From a virus: a DNA stretch of 38,974 nt. The stretch is taken from IMG/VR virus record IMGVR_UViG_3300045988_024033; one strand, written 5' to 3'. A program made the translations under genes and the position numbers. Shown piece by piece: positions 32,528 to 38,974 of this stretch (within the stretch, counting starts at the first letter, position 1; each line of letters begins with the position of its first letter). The notes under the pieces are model-generated. The model was not told where the DNA came from and searched no databases. It saw nothing but the letters and a program-made list of their open reading frames with translations.

Positions 32528-33073
32528 ATGTCAGAAGAAATGAACAATCAGAACAACGCAAACACCGAACCGAATACTGAGCCGAACCCTCAGACCGAGC
32601 CAAAAGGCGGAGCGGAACCGGAAAAGAAGTATTCGGATGCAGACCTTGATAAAATCATCGGTCAGAAGTACGCAAAATGGAGCGAAAAGACCGACAAAGC
32701 TATCGAGGATGCCAAAGCGGAGGCGGTCAAGCTGGCAAAAATGAACGCAGAGCAGAAAGCCGCCTATGAATCAGAGCAGAAGGACCTTAGAATTGCGGAA
32801 ATGGAAGCACAGCTGCAGAAAATCGCACTAGGCAAGGTTGCCGGTGAGATTCTTAAGGAACAGGGCATGGATGCTACACAGGACATTCTGGACATGGTCG
32901 TAGGCACCACCGCAGAGGACACAAAAGCACAGGTGGAAGCGTTCGTGAAGCTGGTCAATGCACAGGTTGAAATCCGGGAAAGACAGCGGGCGACAGGTAC
33001 CACGCCGAAATCTTACACCGGAGCGGAACCGATGAGCGAAATTGAACAGCGGATTGCTAAGTACAGGAAGTAA
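32528..33073 (+). CDS. Capsid scaffolding protein (DUF4355-like)
   Basis: GGAGG precedes ATG 32528. It has a low-complexity N-terminus, YSDADLDKIIGQKYAKWSEK, and a coiled coil. It lies directly before the capsid gene. Confidence 0.8.
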   Translation: MSEEMNNQNNANTEPNTEPNPQTEPKGGAEPEKKYSDADLDKIIGQKYAKWSEKTDKAIEDAKAEAVKLAKMNAEQKAAYESEQKDLRIAEMEAQLQKIALGKVAGEILKEQGMDATQDILDMVVGTTAEDTKAQVEAFVKLVNAQVEIRERQRATGTTPKSYTGAEPMSEIEQRIAKYRK

Positions 33074-33085
33074 AAGGAGTAAATT

Positions 33086-33970
33086 ATGGCAGGTGAAAAC
33101 AATAATCAGGCAGTAAGACGTTATACCAAGGAATTTAAGGACCTTATGCAGGCGGTATTCCAGAGCAGAGCGTTCTTTGGAGACTTTTTCGGTGGTGGAA
33201 TCGAGGCGCTTGACGGAATTCAGGAGAATCAGACCGCATTCAGCGTTAAGACTTCCGACATTCCGGTAGCAGTAGGCACTTACAGCACCGATACAAACAC
33301 GGCATTTGGAACAGGAACAGGAAAGTCCAGCAGATTCGGTAATAGAACAGAGATTATCTATACCAATGCGGATGTTCCTTACAGCTGGGGTTGGAGCTTC
33401 CACGAAGGAATCGACCGGAACACTGTTAACAACGATTTCAACACGGCAGTTGCTGACCGTCTGGAGTTGCAGGCACAGGCAAAGACCAATCAGTTCAACA
33501 CGCATCACGGAAAGTTCATTTCCGATAGCGCTGCCGAGACAATCGAGGCGGCAGCTCTCACCGAGGAGGAAGTTGTAAAGGCGTTCAACGCCCTCGCAAA
33601 GTACTTTGTGAACATTGGTGCGGTTGGTACCAAGGTAGCAAAGGTTACGCCGGATGTATGGAACATCATTGTTGACTCCAAGCTCATGACTACCGCAAAG
33701 GGTAGTTCTGTTAACGTGGACAACAACACCGTGAACACCTTCAAGGGCTTTCAGCTTGAGGTGATTCCGGATGCAATGTTCCAGAAGAATGAGTGCATTT
33801 ATGCTTACATCACCGGAATCGGTAAGGCGTTCACCGGCATTCAGACTGCTAGAACCATCGAATCCGAGGGTTTCGACGGCGTGGCACTGCAGGGAGCCGG
33901 TAAAGCGGGTGAGTACATTCTCCCGGCTAATAAGAAGGCGGTTGCAAAGGTTACAGCTACGGTAGCATAG
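33086..33970 (+). CDS. Major capsid protein
   Basis: It is 294 aa and sits between the scaffold and connector genes. The RBS is AAAGGAG. Confidence 0.8.
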   Translation: MAGENNNQAVRRYTKEFKDLMQAVFQSRAFFGDFFGGGIEALDGIQENQTAFSVKTSDIPVAVGTYSTDTNTAFGTGTGKSSRFGNRTEIIYTNADVPYSWGWSFHEGIDRNTVNNDFNTAVADRLELQAQAKTNQFNTHHGKFISDSAAETIEAAALTEEEVVKAFNALAKYFVNIGAVGTKVAKVTPDVWNIIVDSKLMTTAKGSSVNVDNNTVNTFKGFQLEVIPDAMFQKNECIYAYITGIGKAFTGIQTARTIESEGFDGVALQGAGKAGEYILPANKKAVAKVTATVA

Positions 33971-33980
33971 GAGGTAAGTA

Positions 33981-34214
33981 ATGGGTTATGTGGTTATTCA
34001 TCGGTTCGCAGACACGCAGGACACGACCGAAACGAAGAACGGTTCAATTCCGTACATTTATGAAATCGGTGACGAGTTCCCACGAGCAGGAAAACGTGTA
34101 AATAAGGGCAGAATTGAAGAGCTGGCGGGTTCGAAAAACAAGCCGGGCTTTCCACTGATTGAGTACACCGAGGAGTGCAACACAAAGACCGTGAAAGGCA
34201 AAAGGACGAAGTAG
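33981..34214 (+). CDS. Hypothetical small head-region protein (77 aa)
   Basis: It has an AGGAGG RBS and follows the capsid gene. Confidence 0.6.
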   Translation: MGYVVIHRFADTQDTTETKNGSIPYIYEIGDEFPRAGKRVNKGRIEELAGSKNKPGFPLIEYTEECNTKTVKGKRTK

Positions 34215-34229
34215 TCAGAAAGGCACGAC

Positions 34230-34556
34230 ATGGAAGACTTGTTAGAATTGCTCGATTTGCAAGATGCCGGAGACGAACAGAGGAAGAAGCTGCAGACCAT
34301 TATGGATATTACGAGCGACAGACTGAAAGTAAAGCTGGGCACTGATGAGGTGCCCAGTCAGCTGTCCTACATCGCAACGGAGGTATCCATTATTCGATTC
34401 AACCGGATTGGTTCAGAGGGGCTTTCTTCCCATACCGTCGAAGGCGAATCACAAAGTTTCAGCGGAGACGATTTTTCGCCTTACGAAAGCGACATTCAAG
34501 CGTGGATTGACGAAAACAAAGGCACGTCGAGAAGGGGGAGGATTCGGTTCATATGA
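34230..34556 (+). CDS. Head-tail connector protein (gp6/gp15-like)
   Basis: The motif is YIATEVSIIRFNRIGSEGLSSHTVEGESQSF. Confidence 0.7.
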   Translation: MEDLLELLDLQDAGDEQRKKLQTIMDITSDRLKVKLGTDEVPSQLSYIATEVSIIRFNRIGSEGLSSHTVEGESQSFSGDDFSPYESDIQAWIDENKGTSRRGRIRFI

Positions 34557-34867
34557 GATTTGACAAAGAAGTGTACTTCTATACCGAAAAGTCGGATTAC
34601 AACGCTAAGACGGGCGATTATGACCGTCTGAAGCCATCTGAGGTGCCAAGGATGGCGTCAGTCAACCAAACCGAAACCGCAATGATTCGGATGGTATATG
34701 ACAGCATACCGCAGGAGTCGTTGACGGTCCGGCTGCAAAACAAATATGAGAAGCCGTTCGACTATATTCGAATCGGAAAAAAGCTCTACAAGGTGGACAA
34801 GAGAATCGACTTGTATACAAAACAAGCGTTCATCGTTTCGGAGGTGCAACATGAGTATGGACATTAA
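34553..34867 (+). CDS. Head closure / head-tail adaptor protein (gp16-like)
   Basis: The position, size and ATGA overlap support the call. Confidence 0.55.
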   Translation: MRFDKEVYFYTEKSDYNAKTGDYDRLKPSEVPRMASVNQTETAMIRMVYDSIPQESLTVRLQNKYEKPFDYIRIGKKLYKVDKRIDLYTKQAFIVSEVQHEYGH

Positions 34868-35237
34868 GTGGGAAGGTCTCGACAAGCTTCAGGACAACTT
34901 AGAGAAAGCCGCCACACTGGATGACATTAAACGAGTGGTCCGGCACCAAGAAAAAACCTTGCTGGAGACGGCACAAGAGCACGCCGTCAGGAAGTCAGCG
35001 GGCGGTGAATTTTACGGTGGTTATACCGGAATTGAGCGGTCCGAGGGTGGAATTTATGACGACCTTAAAACCGACCTTTATCTGGAAGGTCTAGCGGTTG
35101 GCATTCAGTCGCTTAAGGACTATTCAGCTTGTGTCGAGTACGGAACAAGACGGCAGCCACCGGAGCCGTTCATGGAACCGACGGCACGAGAAGCAGGAGA
35201 GAAATTTGTGAGAGATTTAAGGAAGTTATTTAAATGA
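34851..35237 (+). CDS. HK97 gp10-family tail-completion protein
   Basis: GGAGG precedes ATG 34851. The motif is CVEYGTRRQPPEPFMEPT. Confidence 0.7.
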   Translation: MSMDIKWEGLDKLQDNLEKAATLDDIKRVVRHQEKTLLETAQEHAVRKSAGGEFYGGYTGIERSEGGIYDDLKTDLYLEGLAVGIQSLKDYSACVEYGTRRQPPEPFMEPTAREAGEKFVRDLRKLFK

Positions 35238-35620
35238 TGGATGCACAGCAGAGCCTTTTTACAGGTTTGAAATTGAAAATTGAAGCACTCGGATTAAGCG
35301 TGTACGACGGCGGTATGCCATCCGATGATACGCCATACCCTTTTGTCTATCTCGCAGACAATACAATGCGTGACACGATGGTAAAGGGGTATGGAATCGG
35401 CACGGTATCGCAGAACATCCACGTATGGCAGAACGATTCGAAGAAGAGAGGCACACTCTCACGGATTGCTGCCGATGTGATGGATGTTTGCCGGGAGTTC
35501 GAGGCATACGGCGGCACGGGCTACACATTGCGGAGCTTGAGTCAGAAAATCATTGCCGATAACAGCACGGCGGAACCGTTAATGCACGCAATTATTGAGG
35601 CGGAATATTACTACAGCTAA
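35234..35620 (+). CDS. Tail terminator / completion protein (gp17/DUF3168-like)
   Basis: It lies before the major tail gene. The motif is LSVYDGGMPSDDTPYPFVYL. Confidence 0.55.
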   Translation: MMDAQQSLFTGLKLKIEALGLSVYDGGMPSDDTPYPFVYLADNTMRDTMVKGYGIGTVSQNIHVWQNDSKKRGTLSRIAADVMDVCREFEAYGGTGYTLRSLSQKIIADNSTAEPLMHAIIEAEYYYS

Positions 35621-35635
35621 AGAAGGAGAAGAATT

Positions 35636-36136
35636 ATGGCAACAGCGATTGCAGGAAAGAAAATCATTTATCTTTACCGACTTCTGGAGGATGCATCGAA
35701 GGAGGCAGCAAGGCAGATTGCTTTTGTAACCGAGAACGGCAGAACGAAGTCGAAGGATGCGGATTCTACAGCAACGAAGGACGGCACTATTCGTACCCCG
35801 GCAACAGCGGAGGTTGAAATCACGTGCACTTCCATTCTGGCAAAGGGTGACACCATGCTGGATAAGCTGGAGTCTGCATTGGATAACGACAAATTGATTG
35901 AAGTATGGGAAGCGAACATGGATGAACCGGTTGAAAGTAAGACAAACCAGTACAAGGGCACTTATTTTCAGGGGTATCTCACCGAGATTGAGAGAACAGC
36001 CAACGCCGAGGATATGGTTGAGGTATCTCTCACATTCGGAATCAACGGAGCGGGCGCAAAGGGCAACGTTACCGTAACAGACACGCAGGCAGACATGGCT
36101 TCCTATGTATTCAAAGACACTACAGTAGGAGCATAG
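35636..36136 (+). CDS. Major tail protein (phi13/TP901-1-like)
   Basis: It is 166 aa with the RBS AAGGAGAAG, and contains the motifs TATKDGTIRTP and VEVSLTFGINGAG. Confidence 0.8.
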   Translation: MATAIAGKKIIYLYRLLEDASKEAARQIAFVTENGRTKSKDADSTATKDGTIRTPATAEVEITCTSILAKGDTMLDKLESALDNDKLIEVWEANMDEPVESKTNQYKGTYFQGYLTEIERTANAEDMVEVSLTFGINGAGAKGNVTVTDTQADMASYVFKDTTVGA

Positions 36137-36145
36137 TTTAAGCGG

Positions 36146-36171
36146 GCGGGGGACGATTGTTCCCCGCTTTT
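36146..36171 (+). terminator. Attenuating terminator after the major tail gene
   Basis: GCGGGGGAC-GATT-GTTCCCCGC followed by TTTT. Confidence 0.65.
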
Positions 36172-36192
36172 GGTATATATGGAGGATTAAAT

Positions 36193-36564
36193 ATGTACGA
36201 TATCGAAATCAACGGCACATCATACCCGGTTAAGTTTGGAATGCATTTCATCAGCGAGATTAATAAGAGAGTCACGGTTGCAATGGATGCATGGGGCGGA
36301 AAAGAAGAGAATGTTGGACTGAATTATTACATCGCAAAGCTCATGGACGGCGACCTTGAGGCATTGCAGCAGATTCTTTTTGTGGCGAACAAAACAGAGT
36401 CCCCGAAGCTCAATATTTCCATGCTGAATAATTGGTTCGAGGATGAAAACACTGATATTGATGCGATTTTCAAGCAGGTGACCGATTTTTTATCGGAAGC
36501 GAACTGTACGAAGAAGGCGTACAGGACCATCAAGAAAGCGGTGGAAGAGCAGAATCAGAATTAA
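36193..36564 (+). CDS. Tail assembly chaperone (gpG-like)
   Basis: GGAGG precedes ATG 36193. It lies between the major tail and tape measure genes. Confidence 0.7.
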   Translation: MYDIEINGTSYPVKFGMHFISEINKRVTVAMDAWGGKEENVGLNYYIAKLMDGDLEALQQILFVANKTESPKLNISMLNNWFEDENTDIDAIFKQVTDFLSEANCTKKAYRTIKKAVEEQNQN

Positions 36565-36572
36565 AGTCGTCT

Positions 36573-36932
36573 ATGACTTTTGAAAAGCTGATAGACAAAA
36601 TCACGGAAGACTGCTTCCGGTTTTTTGGCTTCCGGAGTTTTGATGAAGTGGACCGGCTGACGTTCCCGGAATATGAACTGCTTTGTAAGGCGCACAAATT
36701 GAGCACGGTGGATAAGGATATGTGGGTTCACAAGCTCGCCTATCTGAACTTTATGGCTAAGGCAAGCCGGAAGGCGGGAAAGACACGGACCAAACCGGTA
36801 TATGAAACGTTCGACAAGTTCTACGACTACAAAAAGGAGCTGGAAAAGGTGGAGCGGGAATATGACACGGAACGAAATGAAAGATTCATTGCTATCAGCA
36901 GAAAAATGAAAGAAGAAAGGAGGGAAGAATGA
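36573..36932 (+). CDS. Second tail assembly chaperone (gpT-like), in the -1 frame relative to 36193..36564
   Basis: It lies immediately before the tape measure gene. There is no SD upstream of ATG 36573. Its frame is open from 36522. Confidence 0.6.
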   Translation: MTFEKLIDKITEDCFRFFGFRSFDEVDRLTFPEYELLCKAHKLSTVDKDMWVHKLAYLNFMAKASRKAGKTRTKPVYETFDKFYDYKKELEKVEREYDTERNERFIAISRKMKEERREE

Positions 36933-38974
36933 GCAATGCAGACTACATCGTAACCGCCGTCCTAATGGCAAAAGATAGAAACTTTCAAAGCACATTTGAA
37001 GCGGCGAACAAGACAACGCAAACGCTCGGGGGCAAGATTAAAAGCGGTCTCGGATTCGGAGCACTCGCCGGAATCGGCGCAAAGGCGGTTGGCGTTGTTG
37101 GAAGCGGTCTCAAGAGCCTTGTATCGGAGCTAGACAATACCAACAGTGCGTGGACGTCTTTTTCGTCCAACATGGCTATGTCAGGCATGGGAAGCAAGGC
37201 AATTGCGAAAACGAAAAAGGACCTGCAAGACTACGCTGGCTTGACAGTGTACACGTCTAAAGACATGGCGGCGACCTATGCGCAGTTATACGCAGTTAAC
37301 AAGAAAACATCTACAAGCCTTGTGAAAGGATTCGGCAACGTTGCGGCGGCGGCACAGGACCCGACACAGGCGATGAAAACCTTGTCAATGCAGGCGACTC
37401 AGATGGCGGCGAAACCTAAAGTCCAATGGGAAGATTTCAAGTTGATTCTTGAGCAAACCCCTGCCGGAATGTCAAAAGTTGCGAAGGCAATGGGCATGAC
37501 AACAACCGAGCTTGTTAAGAACGTCCAAGACGGAAAAGTCAAGACAGAAGATTTCTTCAAAGCAATGGAAAAGCTGGCGGATGATAAAGACCTATCTAAA
37601 ATGGCTGAAAGCTATAAGACGATAGGGCAAGCGGCGGACGGTTTGACGGCTACACTCTCAAAGGGACTGGCGCCGGCATGGCAGGTAGTTTCCGATGTTG
37701 CCATTGGTGGAATATCAAAGTTGATGGGCGTTGTAGATAAAGGCATCGGTGGACTATCGAAAATCTTCAAGGGAACTGGAAAACAACTGCAAAAAACAGC
37801 GGATGCCTTTGAACGGTTTGCCGGTACCCTTAGCAGGAACAAAGGCGTGATGGATATACTCAAATTGACGGCAAAAGCCACGTCAGCGGCTCTTAACGCC
37901 CTTCTTAAGGTCATTGAGAAGGTGTCTAACGGTCTTAACAAGATGATGAAGATAGAACCTAGACTTCCGGAGCTTGCTATGGGATTCGGCGCAATAAGCG
38001 CCGTCATGAAAAAGACAACCGGAAAGGGACTTTTAAGGTCAATGGGTGAGCCACTTGTTAAGAAGCTGACCACAACGGTCAAAGGGCTGAACATCTTCAA
38101 GAAGAGCGCAAAAAAAGCAACGGAGGAAGCTGGCGAAGCAATGGCGAAAGGTGCTGCCGGAATGTCCAATGCAGGGAAGGCGGCATCCTCGACAGGTGAG
38201 ACGGTCGCAAAGACTGGGAACAAGCTTATGCAGGCTGCAACAACTTTCCTTGTATTCGGCGCTGCAATCCTCGTAGTAGCCGCTGGTTTTTGGGTGCTCG
38301 CACAGGCGGCAACGACGGTAGCTAACGGAGGACCGGCAACAATTGCCGTATTCTTTGGCATGATAGCAGCTATCGGAGCTTTAGCGCTTATTTTCTCCAC
38401 CTTAGGAGAGGGGTTAAATGCAGCCATTCCGGGAATGGTCGCTTTTGGCGCTACAGTAGCACTTGTCGGTCTCGGTCTTGCGCTTGTCGGTGTGGCTGTG
38501 TACTTAGTATGCGCCGGCATTGTTAAGCTTTCAGGGGCACTTCCGGCGATTGCCAAAAATGGAACATCGGCAGCAATCGGACTTGTCGCATTAGCCGGCG
38601 GAATACTGGCGGTTGCTTTAGCGGCAGCGGCGGCGGGTATCGTGCTTGCGGCTCTTGGGTCCGTGGCTGGCATTGCAGCCATGGGAATCGGTGTTTTGCT
38701 GGCGGCGGGTATTGCCGTAGCGGTTGTTATGCTCATGTTTGCAGGGGCGCTTAAACTTGTCAAAACACAGGTATCGGGCATCGCCTCGCAGGCAACCAAG
38801 GCGGCAAAAAGCTTGAAACAGATGGTTACAAGTGTAAACGTCGTTAAGGCTGGATTAGGCGCACTTAAGAGCCTTGCATCTGGCGCAATGTCCGCCTTAA
38901 AGAGCGCTTTCAGTTCGGGAGCATCCGGGGCAAAATCGGCGGCGGCTTCCATCGGTAAGAATTTCCGTTCTGGC
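36929..38974 (+). CDS. Tail tape measure protein, N-terminal part (runs off the window end and continues at 100..639)
   Basis: ATG 36929 overlaps the upstream stop (ATGA). The ORF stays open to the window end. TQMAAKPKVQWEDFKLILEQTPAGMSKVAKAMGMTTTELVKNVQDGKV is the tape-measure core motif. Hydrophobic Ala/Gly-rich segments follow. Confidence 0.9.
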   Translation, partial: MSNADYIVTAVLMAKDRNFQSTFEAANKTTQTLGGKIKSGLGFGALAGIGAKAVGVVGSGLKSLVSELDNTNSAWTSFSSNMAMSGMGSKAIAKTKKDLQDYAGLTVYTSKDMAATYAQLYAVNKKTSTSLVKGFGNVAAAAQDPTQAMKTLSMQATQMAAKPKVQWEDFKLILEQTPAGMSKVAKAMGMTTTELVKNVQDGKVKTEDFFKAMEKLADDKDLSKMAESYKTIGQAADGLTATLSKGLAPAWQVVSDVAIGGISKLMGVVDKGIGGLSKIFKGTGKQLQKTADAFERFAGTLSRNKGVMDILKLTAKATSAALNALLKVIEKVSNGLNKMMKIEPRLPELAMGFGAISAVMKKTTGKGLLRSMGEPLVKKLTTTVKGLNIFKKSAKKATEEAGEAMAKGAAGMSNAGKAASSTGETVAKTGNKLMQAATTFLVFGAAILVVAAGFWVLAQAATTVANGGPATIAVFFGMIAAIGALALIFSTLGEGLNAAIPGMVAFGATVALVGLGLALVGVAVYLVCAGIVKLSGALPAIAKNGTSAAIGLVALAGGILAVALAAAAAGIVLAALGSVAGIAAMGIGVLLAAGIAVAVVMLMFAGALKLVKTQVSGIASQATKAAKSLKQMVTSVNVVKAGLGALKSLASGAMSALKSAFSSGASGAKSAAASIGKNFRSG
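38876..38974. repeat. Terminal overlap copy 2 (identical to 1-99)
   Basis: Perfect 99-nt identity with the window start. It lies inside an open reading frame, so it is an assembly overlap rather than a biological terminal repeat. Confidence 0.97.

Larger units (their letters stand above)
1..38974. mobile_element. Complete temperate siphovirus-type phage / excised prophage genome, circularly permuted in this window
   Basis: Full lysogeny, replication/recombination, packaging, head, tail and lysis modules are present. The 99-bp identical ends show circular closure. An integrase sits next to a tRNA 3'-end fragment (attP). Confidence 0.9.

Noticed and set aside
32828-33508. 226-aa minus-strand ORF
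   Set aside because: It runs antisense to the scaffold and major capsid genes in a strictly + strand structural operon.
36522-36562. Programmed -1 frameshift site for a G-T chaperone fusion
   Set aside because: The frame relationship fits, but no XXXYYYZ slippery heptamer or obvious downstream stimulatory structure was found. The frameshift is therefore not annotated as a feature and is kept only as a low-interest note.
37612-38952. 446-aa ORF on the minus strand, the largest ORF the track lists in the last 2 kb
   Set aside because: It runs antisense to the tape measure gene, whose + strand frame is open from ATG 36929 to the window end and carries clear tape-measure motifs. The minus product is low-complexity and Ala/Pro/Thr-rich, which is typical of a shadow ORF opposite GCN-rich coding sequence.

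Overview
The window is one complete temperate siphovirus-type phage genome, or an excised prophage, from a Gram-positive host that looks Clostridia-like (AGGAGG-type ribosome binding sites, gene content). Bases 1-99 are identical to 38876-38974. The contig is therefore a circular assembly with a 99-bp overlap and a unit length of 38,875 bp. The junction falls inside the tape measure gene. Gene order on the + strand: tape measure C-terminus, distal tail protein, tail-associated protein with a collagen-like stretch, tail fibre, then a lysis cassette (membrane protein, holin, Amidase_3 endolysin, second SH3b/NlpC-P60-like lysin, small sigma-region-4 HTH protein). An accessory region follows at 10.5-13.4 kb, bounded by terminators. 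Next come attP carrying a tRNA 3'-end fragment, the integrase and cI-like repressor on the - strand, and a consensus early promoter with CGTAG operators. The early genes are Cro-like, Xis-like, Rad52-type annealing protein, HNH-like, NinB-like, SSB, replisome organiser with a palindrome plus iterons, Gp157, DUF1064, MazG, Bro/KilAC antirepressor and an ArpU/sigma-like late regulator. After these sit a self-contained lipoprotein moron, ParB-DUF4417 and an HExxH protein. The structural genes follow: TerS, TerL, portal, MuF/gp7, scaffold, capsid, connectors, major tail protein, two chaperones and the tape measure N-terminus. I found no rRNA, no complete tRNA, no CRISPR array, no transposase and no reverse transcriptase. 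The most unusual items are: (1) the MuF head protein has a visibly AT-richer C-terminal extension with a JAB/MPN-like HNHP...S..D motif, followed by two small ORFs, which suggests a packaged effector/immunity cassette. (2) The accessory region between lysis and attP holds a Cys-rich membrane protein plus a C1q/BclA-C-terminal-like protein behind a repeat-dense regulatory region, a possible small RNA, and a divergent small-ORF/XRE pair. (3) A conserved intergenic element occurs three times, before the holin, before terS and ahead of the scaffold gene (that copy separated from it by a terminator). (4) A 250-bp iteron-rich non-coding block lies in the early region. All functional calls come from motif recognition and gene order only. 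No database search was run.
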